NCBI GenBank assembly: GCA_028534125.1
Contig: CM052816.1
Coordinates: 79,176,001-79,240,000, forward strand
Source: Lama glama
Lineage: Eukaryota
Length of the DNA: 64,000 nucleotides
Reading direction: 5' to 3'
In this document: piece by piece, positions 27,401 through 41,674 of the stretch
Numbering within the stretch: position 1 is the stretch's first letter
How the letters are laid out: every line of letters begins with the position of its first letter
The notes under the pieces: generated by a model
The model's database searches: none
What the model was told of the DNA's origin: nothing
Seen by the model: only the letters and a program-made list of their open reading frames with translations
Program-made: the position numbers and the translations under genes

Positions 27401-27779
27401 CAAGTTAACCGGGTTCTCTGGGTCTCTGCTGGCTTCTATTCAACAGGACTCACCACATGAGCCTTGAGCAGGGGCTTGGCCCCTGGCCTGGCTCTAACGC
27501 CATCACTACCACCTCCCTTCGTGCTTGTATCTTACCCGTGTTGTTACAGTCTTCCCTCTAGCCTTTCCCCACAAGGTCTTACTCCTGCCCCGTGAGGCTG
27601 ACTTGGTCTCTCTGATAGCTGAGATTCTCAAACTTAGGTTCACATGAAATCTACCTGGAAGTGTGAAAATGCGAATCCCCAGCACCCATACTTGGGGATG
27701 CTAATTGGCTGTGTTTGGGGTGGAGGCATCTCTATTTTCCAACGGCACCCCTGCTGGCCCCAGGTCCTTCTGTGCAGCA

Positions 27780-27987
27780 GGACTTCTCCACCTGAGCATG
27801 GCTGGCATTTTGGACTGCAGAATTCTCCGTTGTCAAGGGCTCTCCTCACATGCTTAGCAGCATCTCTGGCCTCTACCCACTAGATTCCAGTAGCATCCCT
27901 CACCCCTGTTGTGACAACCAAAAAAAACATCTCCAGACATTATCAAAGTTCCCCCGGGGGCAAGATCACACCCATTTGGAACCACAG
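27780..27987. mobile_element. MER20-like hAT MITE (MER5A-like piece just upstream, ~27620-27780)
   Basis: ttagcagcatctctggcctctacccactagattccagtagca...gttgtgacaaccaaaa...ctccagacatt. Confidence 0.7.
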
Positions 27988-30679
27988 CTCAATATTACCT
28001 GAAGAATTAGCAGTCGCTCACACAGCTGCAGGTGCTAAAGATCTGTTGAGTTGAATAAAACTCACATGGGTTCGATGGAGGAACTTCTCAGTGTCAACAA
28101 CACAGATACACACCTGTCATACCTTTTGGGGGGTTTCCCAGTCTCTGCTGCAGAAACCACAACAGTCTCCAAATAGTCTGAGTCTTTCATTTCAGCCTCA
28201 GAGAGGGGACACCCTAGTCACCCTCTAGGCTATTCCAAGCACTGGGATCTAATATTTATTCTAGTATTTATTCTAAGGGAAAACTTCTTGAAGAACTATA
28301 GGTTTTTGCCACCTACCACATAATAATAACCAGTTTTTTGAATGGATTAAAGTCAGTAGAGATGGTTTACTTTTCCGGTCACTGCCTTCAAAAAGGGTCT
28401 TTTGTGTCTAAGATCCACCTTTATATTGCTGGTTGTTGGCTGGAAGACACAGCTCTGCCTGTGTGGGCACCAGGGAGGATGTAGTTCAGCATGTTGCCAC
28501 TAGAGGGAACCAAAGACTACGCAATAAAGTGGGGCTTGCGCGAATCCTTCTTCCCCAAAGATTCAACTCAATTTTTTTCTGAACTCAGCAAGAGGACGTC
28601 CAAGAACTCAGCTGAGAATCATGAAGAGACAGCCCTCCATGCATGTTCAGTTTTCCATAACTCGTTCCAAAAGTTTCTCTCAATCCAGGCAGAGAGCTTT
28701 GGCAGGATCAGGCAGCTGTGCCCCAACCAGTGGGATGGGGGAGCCCTTAGCTGGGACCAGCGTGAGGCGGCCTGGTGAACACTACCACAAAATCTCCTTT
28801 GGCTTTGCTGCTGCCGGGTCCACACAGCTTGTGCTCCAAATCTCCAGACCTCTGGCCCATGTGCGTCCTTTCCCGCCAGCACTGGGGGTGCGGGGTGGGG
28901 AGCGGCAAGCAGGATCTGGGAATGGAGCCCCGGGACCGCCTCCCTCAGCCGTCCTCACAGTTACTCTCCATCTCCAATCTCTGCTCCCACCGCCAGTGCC
29001 TCCTTCCAGGCAGCACGGCCTCTCACCTGGTTCTCACCAGCATGGCCTCACCTCCTTCTGGTCACCCTGTCCCACCTTTCTATCCATCCCCCACACTTTA
29101 TCCCGAGGGTCTTTTACCATGCAAACCTGTTGCTGCCTCATTTGAAACCCTTTGTGGTCTCCTGTCGCTCTCAGTACAGAATCCAAACTCACTACCATGG
29201 TGTCCCAGGCTCTCGGGGATCTGGTGCCTGCTTATCTGACCAGTTTCATCTTTCTCCAAGTTTCCACTCCTCCAAATTCCCTCTCAGTTTCCTCAGCTCT
29301 TCCTCACTCCCACACCTCCCCACACCTCCCCACACCTCTACTCTTCAATCGCACTAAAATACTTGCATTTCTCTAGTTATACTCTTTTCCCTTTCGCGTT
29401 GGCCGTAGCACTTGGGAAATAATGCAGTCGCCTTCCTTCTCCTATCCCGGTACCCTAGCCTGGATAACTACCACCCTCCTTTAGGATCAAAGCTTATACA
29501 TCATCTCCTCCTCTGACAAGTCTTGAGAGAGCCCCACTCCGAGGCTGCTTAGCCGCCGTCTTCTGAGTTCCCACAGCTCAGCCGTGGGGTTACTGTAAGC
29601 GGGGCCTGTCTCGTTCCCTCTTTCCCCCACGCCTAGCACAGTGCCCCGAGCTTACCATATTGAAGTCTGTTGAAGAACTGGACCAGGGACTTGCACAGAC
29701 GCCCTGCCAACACGAGGTGGCGCTGCGGCCACGTGCATTGGACGGCAGCCTCCTCCCTGCCTTGCGCGGGCCTGGCTAGATGTGCTCTGTGGTCACCATG
29801 CGGGCTCCTCGTTGCTCACAGAGGGTCTTCTCGAGACAAGGACGTTTGTTCAGTGCTGTGATGTCCGTGACGTATGCTTGGGGGACAGACTCTTGCCCTG
29901 GTGCCAGGTGCCTTCACACAAAGCTCTGAGTATCGCTCTTCTACGCCAAGACCCTACTGGATCGTGCCTTTTCCCAAAGCTCCCAGTTCTTAGCAAATTT
30001 TGTTTTCTGCCCTGCTTAACTATGAGACTTCTGTACTCAAATATAAGATTCTAAGCAATTCATTCAAGGCCTTGCTTCCACTCCAGCACTGGTGTCTTGA
30101 AAATAACACACAATAAATGTTAGCTATTTGTTGATGAACTGGGTCATTGAATGATTTAAAAGGGTAGTCAGCATGGGCATTTCTAGTACCATGGTAGGGT
30201 GAGTGGCAGGAGAGAATGTAATTTTTTTTCCCTGGATGTATCAAATTAGACTCCAGAGCTAACTGCTTGCATGGTCGCTGGGTAGGGTCACCTGCAGAGG
30301 TGGGATGGGCAGGGTGTCTTCCCAGACTCTCCCCTGCTTGCCCATGTGTGGGTGCCATCAGATCGTGCTCTGAAATGCTCTGCAGTATCTCACAAGGTGG
30401 TGGAGCACTAAGACGCCTGCTTGGTCAGAAGCCCGGAGTTGCCGTATTGGCCAGGACTTTGGGCCAAGTTGCTTGACCAAAACAAGCCCTAGTTTCCAAG
30501 TTGCCAGAGGAGGGGGGGGGCTTTCGGGGTCCCATAGTCCTAATGGTGCATGAATTACCTACCATGAGCCATGCTAACTGTGGGGCCTGGGCAAGTCACC
30601 GATTTTCGTGAGCCCCAATTTCTTTACCTGTGAAAGATGAACCATAGGAGTAATTAGCTTATAGGGTTTTCAAAAATTT

Positions 30680-31130
30680 AGATGAAATTCACATATGATA
30701 AAATTAACAATTTAAAAATATCCAGTTCAGTCACCCTATTGTGTAACCACCTTAGGTCAGGTTCCAAAACCTTGTCACCACCCCAAAAGGAAAGTCAGTA
30801 CCCACTAAGAGGTCACTTCCCACTGTCCCCTCCCCCCAGAACCAATCTGTGTTCTGTCTCTGAATTTGCCCATTCTGGATGTTCCATGTAAGTGGACTCA
30901 TACGATATGTGACCTTTGGTGTCTATCTTCTTTTACTGCATCACCACCTGGTAGCAGCTCTCAGTACTCCTGCATTTTTATGGCTGAGTAATAATCCATA
31001 GTGTGGACGGACCACATTCTGTTTATCTATTTGTCCACAGATGGACATTGGGTTGTTCCTACCCTATTGTGAATAGTGCTGCTGTGAACATGAGTGTATA
31101 TGACTTTTAACTGTTAGAGTCCCTGTTTTC
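30680..31130 (-). mobile_element. Old L1M 3'UTR fragment
   Basis: tttatggctgagtaataatccatagtgtgg...attgtgaatagtgctgctgtgaacat. Confidence 0.7.
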
Positions 31131-31734
31131 AGTTAAGTTCAGGGTTTCTGTGAGGGCTGGATACACACGCACCACACAGTGGGAGCAAAACACATGTGAG
31201 GGATTGATGCTTTTAATGTAGTCCTGGAGGTATGCACAGGGCTTCTGTCTCTGGCTGTCTCTCTTTGATCTGGGAGCGAGACCTCAGTTTCTCCCCGCTC
31301 CACCTGCTGCTGTGGCTGCTGTGGGAAATTAGGGCAGGTTGGGTAGGGTGGGAAAGACAGGGGAGAAGTCGTGGAGATGAGGACGGGAGGTGCTGGGGAC
31401 AGTTGTGGGCAAGTAGTGTTGAGTGGTGGGAAGGGCAGGAAAGGCATGCGACCCCAGGTGGATTTAGAGGATGAGGAGGGCAGGTGACAGCCACCAGCTC
31501 CTACTTCCTGCTCCCACGTAGGAGGAGCCTGGACTGGTGCCACCAGCAGGGTACAGTCCAGGCTAGGAAGGCCTCAGGCAAGGAGGATGAGGGAGGGAGC
31601 AGGAGGTGGCCTTGCCCAGGAATCCTGAACACAGGGCTCTGTGGGTGGCTGTGGGCGAGGAATCAGAGCTCGTGGGAACTGTCAGCTTGAGCTCTGGTAA
31701 CAGGCAAAAGCAGGTTCTAAGAAAATTGATGCTC

Positions 31735-32440
31735 TGTTTACAATAGCCAAGACATGGAGACAGCCTAAATGTCCATCGACAGATGACTAGATAAAGAAGT
31801 TGTGGTATATTTATACAAAGGAATATTATTCAGCCATAAAAAAGACAACATGATGCCATTTGCAGAAACATGGATGTCTCTGGAGAATGTCATTCTAAGT
31901 GAAGTAAGCCAGAAAGGGAAAGAAAAATATCATATGATACCACTCATATGTGGAATCTAAAAAAAAAGAAGACAAATAAACTTAAATATAAAACAGAAAC
32001 AGACTCATAGATATAGAATATAAACTTGTGGTTGCCAGGGAGAAGAAGGGTGGGAAAGGGCAGACTGGGAGTTTGAAATTTGTAGATACTGACAGGCATA
32101 TGCATAATAGATAAACAAGATTATACTGTACAGCACAGGGAAATATATACAAGATCTTGTGGTAGCTCACGGTGAAAAAGAATGTGACAGTGAATATATG
32201 TGTGTTCGGGGGGGTGGATAGCTCAAGTGGTAGCATGCATGAGATCCTGGATTCAACCCCCAGTACCTCCATTAAAATAAATATATAAATAGAAAACCTA
32301 ATTACACCCCCTCAAAATAAATAAATTAAAAAAAATATTTATGTTGACGAATGACTGAAAATTTGTGTTCTACACTGGAAACTGACACATTGTAAACTGA
32401 CTGTAACTCAATAAAATAAAATTAAAAAGAAAAGAAAAGA
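31735..32440 (+). mobile_element. 5'-truncated younger L1 3' end with A-rich tail, interrupted by a SINE
   Basis: tttacaatagccaagacatggagacagcctaaatgtccatcgacagatgactagataaagaagttgtggtatat...; tail aataaaataaaattaaaaagaaaagaaaag. Confidence 0.85.
32208..32335 (+). mobile_element. tRNA-derived SINE (camelid Vic-1-like)
   Basis: GGGGGTGGATAGCTCAAGTGGTAG (A box) ... GGATTCAACCCCCAGTACCTCCA (B box), followed by an AT-rich tail with cctaattacaccccc. Confidence 0.75.
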
Positions 32441-33784
32441 AAGATGATTCTGCCTGCCGAAAAGGCAACTGATGTGCGCGGAGGTGCCCGCGTGCACCTG
32501 CCGTCCAGGAGCGGAGAGGCGCCCCGAGAGGGTGTGAGCCGCCCTCTGGAACTGGGGAACCTCCACTTTCCGGGCCGGAGGGAGGGAGGGAGGAGGTGTT
32601 CACTCAACTTACAGCTTCTCCCCACTTTGGACTGAAGCAGCAGGACCCAGACAGGCAAAGGCCTCCTTCTGGGCCTGGCATCCCAGGGAAGCGAGAATTG
32701 CTCCTCTTTTCCTCCACGCGAGGGGCAAGGAGTGGGGAACCAGCCCGGCGGCTCTGGGAGGTGCAGTTGGACCTGAGGCCATTAAACACGTGCTTCCCTG
32801 AGTGATCTGTTCTCGCTTCGGGTCTCAGTCTGAGATTCCCTCTCTCTAAAGTGATTTAGGAGAACTCTGTAGGGGAGACTTTATGGGTTGTGCTGGCGGG
32901 AGCAGCCTCAGACTGCACGAATCTGAGTGTTGTCACCTCCGATGATGCGAGAAGTGCGAGCGCTTGGGGGAGGGGGAAGGGGACCCTCAAGTGTCGGACA
33001 GAACCATAGTAACACCATTTTTTCCTGCACCCTGAATGCTGTTCTTTGCATATCCGTCAAGCTCTCATTTTCTTCACAAATCACCCTAAAAAAGATTTCT
33101 AGAATCCTCCATTGGCTGGTCAGTGGGTTCATATAAGGATTCGTGTTTTTTGGAGCAGAGATGGAATTTAAAGATCATGTAATCCAACCCTTTCATTTAA
33201 CAGAGGAGGAGGAATCCGAGGCCCTAAGATTTGCTCATATCTCACCAAGAGTGGAGTCAGGACTAGAGCCCGGGTCTGCAGACCCCCAGCCTGGTAGCTT
33301 TTCCTCTGTGGTGCAGGTTCTCAGAGCCTGAGCCTGCCTGCAGGGTTAGGACAGTTGATACACTGTTCCCAGACCTCTCTCCTATTTCTGAATATTTAAA
33401 ACAAACAAACAAAAAAACAAACAGTAGGAAAAATATATGTGTTTGACAGAAGGGAGAGAGTCTAAATGCTTTTTCCTGTCCTGAGAACTTAGGTAGGTGT
33501 TAATGGACACTAACCTGTTAATCCAGGAAAACATGCTAATTACTGGGAGGAACCATCAAGGCCCAAGTGTTGAGAATCTCAGTAAAGACAGAAGCAACAA
33601 AAATCAATATTTAGATCAAAGAGGAGAATGTTAAATCTGGAGCCAAAGGGAATATGGGGAATTCTAAATAAAAGAATAAAGCATATAAAGTTGGCCCAAA
33701 AAGAGATTACAGAAATGGGACTTATTTTTTATGATGGGAGGAGGGCTTTGGAAAGATAAAATCTTATCAAGGAATGGCCATATA

Positions 33785-34455
33785 TGTATATATTTAAATT
33801 GAAGTATAGTCAGTTTACTATCTTGTGTCAATTTCTGGTGTACAGCATACATGTACATATATATATTCCTTTTCAAATTCTTTTTTTTATAGGTTACTAC
33901 AAGATAGTGAATATAGTTTCCTGTGCTGTACAGAAGAAACTTGTTGTTTATCTGTTTTATATATATACTAGTTAATATCTACAAATCTTGAGCTCCTAAT
34001 TTATCCCTTCCCACCCCATTTCCCGCCAGTAACCATATTTATTTTTTATGTCTGTAAATCTGTCTCTGTTTTGTAAATAAGTTCATTTGGGTCTTTTTTT
34101 TTTTTTTTAAGATTCCACATATAGGTGATATCATATGGTATTTTTCTTTCTCTTTTTAACTCACTTCACTTAGAATAATAATCTCCAGGTCCATCCATGT
34201 TGTTGCAAATGGCATTATTTTATTCTTTTTTATGGCTGAGTAGTATTCCATTGTATAAATATATGACATCTTTATCCAGTCATCTGTTGATGGGCATTTA
34301 GCTTCCTAGAGTTTCCATGTCTTGACTATTGTAAATAGTGCTGCTGTGAACATTGGAGTGCATGTATCTTTTCAAATTAGAGTTTCCTATGGATATATGC
34401 CCAGGAGTGGGATTGCTGGACCATTTGGTAAATCTATTTTCAGTTTTTTGAGAGA
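33785..34455 (-). mobile_element. L1 3' end
   Basis: ttgaagtatagtcagtttac...tttatggctgagtagtattccattgtata...atatgcccaggagtgggattgctgga. Confidence 0.85.
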
Positions 34456-34675
34456 AATGGTTGTATATTTAAAACTATTGTCCAGGCTACAGAGATCCAA
34501 TGTTCTCAGGACTAGATAACTAAGTAATAAATATGCCAGGCAGAGTTGGTGTAGCTGAACATCAGAAATTCTGGGAGGTTTGAGACTGTTCTTGGGAAGT
34601 GGATGAGAGAGCCTACTGTGAATTTCCTTCTCAGTGAGGCTGCTGTCATCCTGTTCTGCCAGAGGCAGGCAATGA

Positions 34676-34852
<177 letters not shown>

Positions 34853-35399
34853 TAGGACCCCTGGGTGGCAGGGGGGATGGAAGGGAAATACAGGGCACCC
34901 CCAGGTGAGGTTGACTGGCTGTGTGACCTTGAGCACATCACTGTCTCCTGGGGTCTCAGTTTCTTGTTTGTAAAAATGCAGAGTTTGACAGAATTGATCT
35001 CTCTGAGGTCCCTTGTGACAATTTTTTGGTTCTTAGCCTCAGATTCAGCAAGACTGAATGTCTTGTCTGCTACAAGAAAGTGCAGCTTCTGGGACAACTG
35101 GAGGTGAAGGGAGTCACATGCCCAGGTACCAGAGACACCTAGCAGGGCAATGAGAGAGACACTTCCTAGAGCTGTGACGGTAGGGGCTGAATTAGAAGAG
35201 AGAGGAGGAACTGTCATTCAGAGGCAATTACAGATTTTGGAATTCTGCTCGCAGGCAGTTGTGTCCCCATTACTTCCAGGGACACATACACACAAATATA
35301 TATATCTATACACACAGGTTAATATATACACATATTTGTGTGTGTATATTTGCGTACATATATATGTATATGTAGTCATCTATGTCTATATTAAGCTAA

Positions 35400-36035
35400 A
35401 CACGAGTTCATACTGATGTCTCCAACTCAGTTCTCTAACACATGGATCAGATCTTTCTAGCTTCCTCCTCTGCTTATCTGTAAATTCTCACTCCAAGTCA
35501 GAGTGGCTTGGCTCCCACCATCCCCTGTCCATTTCCTCAGTTGTTCAGTGCTGGCAGCAATATCAAAATTTTAAGCTCATGCCACCATGAGAAATATCTT
35601 TATCAACTAGAGTACAGTGCTTCTGCACAGTTCCTTTTGCTTTTAGTCTTACAGACTCTACTCATTTCCAAAGTTACTTAAATCAGTACCTTCACTAAAC
35701 CCCCACTTCCACTTCCCTTCAGTGAGTTGCTTTAAACTTCTATGACACAGTTAGATTCTCTTGTCACAGCCTGCATTTCTTTCTAGAATCCCCTGACTTG
35801 TTAAATAATTTTTCTAAGTGTACCCATTGAGGTTCACTCTTTGTACTGTAAAGTTCTATGGGCTTTAGCAAATGCATAATGTCGTAAATCCACCATTATA
35901 GTATCAGACAGAATAGTTTTACTGCCCTCAAAATCCCCTGTGCTTCACCTATTCTCTCTCCCTTTCCCTTCATCATTTTACTGCCATTATAGTTTTGCCC
36001 TTTTCAGTGTCATGTAATTAGAATCATACAGTACA
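35400..36035 (-). mobile_element. Old L1M 3' fragment
   Basis: ccaccattatagtatcagacagaatagttttactgccctcaaaatcccctgtgcttcacctattc resembles an L1MC/MD 3'UTR. Confidence 0.55.
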
Positions 36036-36085
36036 TTTTTTAAAGTTTTGTTATCTTTTATGAAGACTGGGAAGAGGCTCTCTAA

Positions 36086-36463
<378 letters not shown>

Positions 36464-36687
36464 TGAGGCTTTGATTTCGAAGTCGTTAGCACACTGTGGA
36501 TGAGAAGGGCAGGAGGTTGAGTACAGGTTTAGGGATTTTTTCGGAGCAATCTCATAACACACATCATTTAACAGCACACAAACGGCTGCACATCATTGAG
36601 AGGAATACGATTCTTCATCACGGGTGATACAAGGAAAGCTCATCTGCTTGTGTATGTCTGTGGATGTGCTTTTTCCTATGCATCTAG

Positions 36688-36912
<225 letters not shown>

Positions 36913-37420
36913 TAATCTGAGTGAAATTTCTTTGATCCAATTTATAATTGTAAATGGGAAATAGGCCTAAAGGCTTAAAAATACTTATACGATATTTGTT
37001 ATAAATGGAAGTAAAATGTTTCCTTCATGACTATCTAGAAAGTTGAGAACACGTAAAATATATATGTGTGTGTGTTTGTGCACGTATATTGGCAGGGGAT
37101 CTACATACAGCTAAATATTCATCATCTGAAGACTGGGGTATTTTGATTAAACATTCGATATCATGGTTGTCATATTTACCATACACAGCTAGCCACATTC
37201 CAATGAACTCCATGATAATAAAACATATTTAACTTCAAAATGAGACCATAATTTGGGGAACATGATTCACAAGGCATTTCAGGATGCCACAGTGCCCATC
37301 ACACACCCTTATGAGCATCATTTGTCATCACACTTTGGTACATGGAGACGCCAACTTTTTCCATGAAACTTCATGGTGAGTCCTATGAGCAGGAGGAGGA
37401 GGGGGGAGGAAGGGGGCCTC

Positions 37421-38035
37421 TCTGTCCTTTCTGTTGACATTTTCCTGCCAGGGACAGAGAGATACCCTCCATTCAGTAAAGGGAATGCCAGATAATGGAA
37501 TTTATTCTGATTTAATCTTTGGTGGGCATTGAAATTAACTTGCATTTTCCAAACTACAGTGAACTGGAGAACAAAAGCAACCACCTCTCTCCACTAACTG
37601 GTATCTTCACATTACAAACGCATTGCTTGGTAGGGTGAGGAATTCTATCTCTGACTGACGGAGACAGAAATGTCATCTGTCTTTTAACAGCAGCCCTCCA
37701 CGGGCTTTTTAACCCAGGCCGGTGTCCTGAAGGCTATGGTGAGGCGGGGAGGGAGCTCCCAGGCTGACAGCAGAAGCAGAGCCCTGGGGAGGGTTACTCT
37801 CGATCCCTTTGCCACACGGGAAGGATTAGTGCGACAGTGGGTGGGAAGAAGAGATGGCGGTGCTGTGATGGTGGAAGAGAAAACCAGCTTTCCCTTCCTG
37901 AACGGAATTCCCCCCGACTTTTTTCGTGAAACTTCTCGGCGAGTCCTGTGAGCAAGTGGAGGAAGGGGTAGGAAGGAGACCTTCTGTCCTTTCTGCTGAC
38001 ATTTTCCTGCCAGGGACAGAGAAATACCCTCCATT
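37421..38035 (+). repeat. 53-bp direct repeat pair (37421-37473 and 37983-38035)
   Basis: tctgtcctttctg(t/c)tgacattttcctgccagggacagaga(g/a)ataccctccatt, 2 mismatches. Confidence 0.9.
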
Positions 38036-39402
38036 TTAGACTGAAGTGAGTGTGGAGGTAGATAAAAAAAGAGCCTAGGCTGTGTAGGGCAGCCAAGTGC
38101 TTAGGGACAGAGACAACAGAACTGTATGTTTTCCTCCCATGTGGCTGGTCTTTGATGTCTGAGACGGCAGCGGAAGAATAGTCAACGGCCATTTCCCCAA
38201 ATTAGCCCAGCTCTACATGGGATCCCAGGCTGTATTTACCTCCCTTCTGCAGGTGGTTCCTCCTCGTTGCCAGGGGAAACCTCAGCTGCCCTTTTCTCTA
38301 GCCCAAGCCCAAGTAGCCAGTTGTTGTGATTCAGCTGATTTAAAGTTCCCACCCCGTTTCTTTTGACATTTATCTTAACAAACCACATTAAGCTTGCAAA
38401 TACTCAGAAGGGCTCTTGGGGATTTTAGCAGTTACAGCATTTGATGTCACCTGAATTTTACAGACCCTGTATGAATCCCCAGCTCTGACTGTGTACAATC
38501 AGTATCTGGGCTATGAATTTATAATTCAGATTGCTGGCTGCATTGAAAAATTGCAAAATCTGATTTTTTAGGGAGGAGTAGAGCTCAAGGATTTATGCTT
38601 TTAATAAGAGTCCCAGGACTCTTATTCACATTTGTATATGAGATCCTTGTCTCTAAAAGATTCAGAAGTACCTGTTGTAAATGACTAAATATATTATGCA
38701 CATAAACCTCATTGAGCATAATTATGAATCTGGACAATATTTACTGAGCACTTGTTATTTACTGGATATTGTGTCAAAGGCTTTACCGGGATTTTTATTC
38801 AACAAACATAATGAAAGTGTCTTTGAAAAGTGATGTGTGATTCAAGCTTTTCTATGCTGAAAATCCCACATGCCCATTTATGGCTGAAAAACATAGTTGA
38901 TATCCAAGTAAGACAGAATTCAGCATAATGCAAGAAAGTTTTCATTCACCCCAGCCAAGGATAATGTTCAGATTTGTGAACTTTGAATAACCTAGGCTAA
39001 GTTCTCAAGTAGTCATAGAGGTGACCAGGGTTTGCAACAGTCCCCTAATTCTATCCCTAAGCCTACTTGAATTAGGTGAAACTTTCACTTCTTATTTTTT
39101 TAATATATAGGTTTTGAAGTTTTCATGTTTATACATTATTTTATAATTAAAAATTAAAAAAACTCTTAAAACTAGATTAGCCTTTAAGAGGATATGTGTT
39201 TCGTTGCCTCATCGGTATCATATAGAAATTTTTAAATAATTAAAAGTATTTTAGGTATGTTACTGAGTGTATGGAGATAACCTAAACTTATTTTATGATT
39301 TTCAAATCAGTTTGGAACTAAGGAAAGGGGACTGTATTCTGTATCATGATTCAAATATTTCTATTGCCTCCATCCAGGATTTTCACCTGCACAAAACAGA
39401 TA

Positions 39403-39712
39403 CAGTCTTCCCTCGGTGTCTGTGGGCAATTGGTCCCAGAACTCCGCAGCGGATACCAAAATCCATGGACGCTCAAGTCCCATTTATATAAAATGGTGTG
39501 ATATTTGCTTATAACCTCTGTACACCCTCCCTTACACTTTAAGCCATCTCTAGATTACTTTTAATACCTACTACAATGTAAATGCTGTGTACATAGTTGC
39601 CAGAGTATGGCAAATTGAAGGTCTGCTTTTTGGAACTTTCTGGAATTAAAAAAAAAATACACGGTTGGTTGAATCCGTGGATTCTGAACCTGTGGGTGTG
39701 CAGGGCTGACTG
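39403..39712. mobile_element. MER2-like Tigger MITE
   Basis: ta|cagtc...gactg termini; ataccaaaatccatggacgctcaagtcccatttatataaaatggtgt. Confidence 0.75.
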
Positions 39713-41177
39713 TGCTGTTAGTTAAGGGTAACTTTGGCAAGAGGCCAGCCCAAAAGCAGGGGCTGCCCATTCTCTTATTTTTGCTAATGCCAGACAAAAT
39801 ACTTAAGTAACAATAATTATGACTGAAAAGTAATTTACTCATGAGGGCAGAATTATGGGGGAAATCATAGCACCTGTGATCTGACGAGTCCCAATATGAG
39901 TCTCCGGAAACAAGCAGACAAACACGTCCCTAAGGAAAACTGATGACCTTTTCTGAAACGACCAAGTGCATTAGCTCAGATGGAGTTTAAGCTTGGATAA
40001 CTGGGGAATGCAAAAGAGGACAGAAATAAACTTAAGAGAGGGGAGAAATGAATGGTATTCTAATTTTAACAAAAACTCTGTACATACAGTATTTATTTCT
40101 ACTTCCAGACTCTGATAAGCACAGTTCAATTAGGTGCTCAGTCCAAAGCCTTTCTTCCTACTGCTGTTTACTTTTCTGGGGTTTGGGGGGAAAGGTCGGT
40201 ACAGGGCGAGAACTAAGGATCCTGTGGCTTTTTTCTCTTTTCACTTATAATTTCAGCAAAAAAGTGGGTCGATCAGCTCGTATGATTCTTGGAAGAGATA
40301 GGTATGTTCCCAAAGGCTCAGTAGGAGAGAAGTTTGCTCTTATGAACTAGAAAGGGGTTTTACATTATTTATAGATTTCACTTCTTGTGATATTTCCACT
40401 CCCTCACAACACTGGAATTTGAGGGCTAACTAGAAAATAATAAATTCACCAGATAGCCCTCATTACTGTGTGTGAGTCCTCCCATGTAAGCAGGCCTATA
40501 CTTCGGGCTAACCTGACTGGTCTTAGAGATCAAACAGGAAGACAGTTATTTGCCTGAATCAACTAATCATGTCAGCCAGTATGGTTGAGTTGGAGCCTAC
40601 ATCTCACCTATTAAAAACTAAATTGGTAACTTTTTTCTTCTTTCTAAAAGTAAAGTAAAATAAAATCCTAGCATAGATTAAACACATTAGGTGATATTCC
40701 AAGGGAATTGGGAGGAGAGAGAACCCGGGTGGGGTAGAGGGGAGCTTTTTAACTCATTCTGTGCCTGAAATGAGTAATGAGTACCTTAAAAGAGCATGAA
40801 GCCAAGGAGGGTTTAAGTAGAAATCTGTTTCCTTCCCCTCAAGGACCGAGCTCTGTCTTTTGAAAGGTGTAACAGTACTTGTCTTGACACAAGGACTCGA
40901 GGCGGTGTTTGCGACGTGTCACAGACAGGCGGTGTGCCCTGCAGTTACAGAACGCTTGTTTCTTATTCTGAGTTTCAGTCTCACTTATCTGAACAGACAG
41001 GCTTCTGCTCCTAAAGAAAGACGAGACCTGCATCTCATTTTCCATTTAGGTCGGTTTGCAAGTTTTCAAGACTCTCTTCCTCTCTGTGCCACCCGCTCCT
41101 GGCCATCCTCAACCTCACGTTTTCTCTTGTTCTAGATCTGTTCCTCAGCGGTGTCACTAAAAAGCCTCCTTGTCTGA

Positions 41178-41372
<195 letters not shown>

Positions 41373-41517
41373 ATGTACGACCCGGGGACGAGGGCCTTGA
41401 GTGCTGCCATGTGGCTCCAAGTGATTAAACATCAGCTCAGAACCAGGATCACATCTGAGTTCATGTTCAGCCCAGTGTTTCTTCCCTGTCCACATGCACT
41501 GCATTTTCTAGGGCAGA

Positions 41518-41674
41518 AATAAAGACAGTAAGCATTTAACTGTGATTTCTCTGAGGCTGCTTCCTTAGCTCTAAAATAGGAATTAATTAAACTAAGATCC
41601 ATAAATCTCCTAGAGCCAGGCTGATTTGATAGGTGTCAAATAAACCTTTGATATCTTCCATGGCCATTAATAAA
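41518..41674 (+). terminator. CAPSL: Candidate CAPSL polyadenylation signals
   Basis: AATAAA at 41518, 41639 and 41669. Confidence 0.55.

Noticed and set aside
28491..31690. Clusters of overlapping 60-170 aa ORFs in GC-richer intron sequence
   Set aside because: No homology or exon structure; expected from base composition.
32208..32270. Possible tRNA gene
   Set aside because: Incomplete cloverleaf, AT-rich tail and insertion inside an L1 indicate a SINE.
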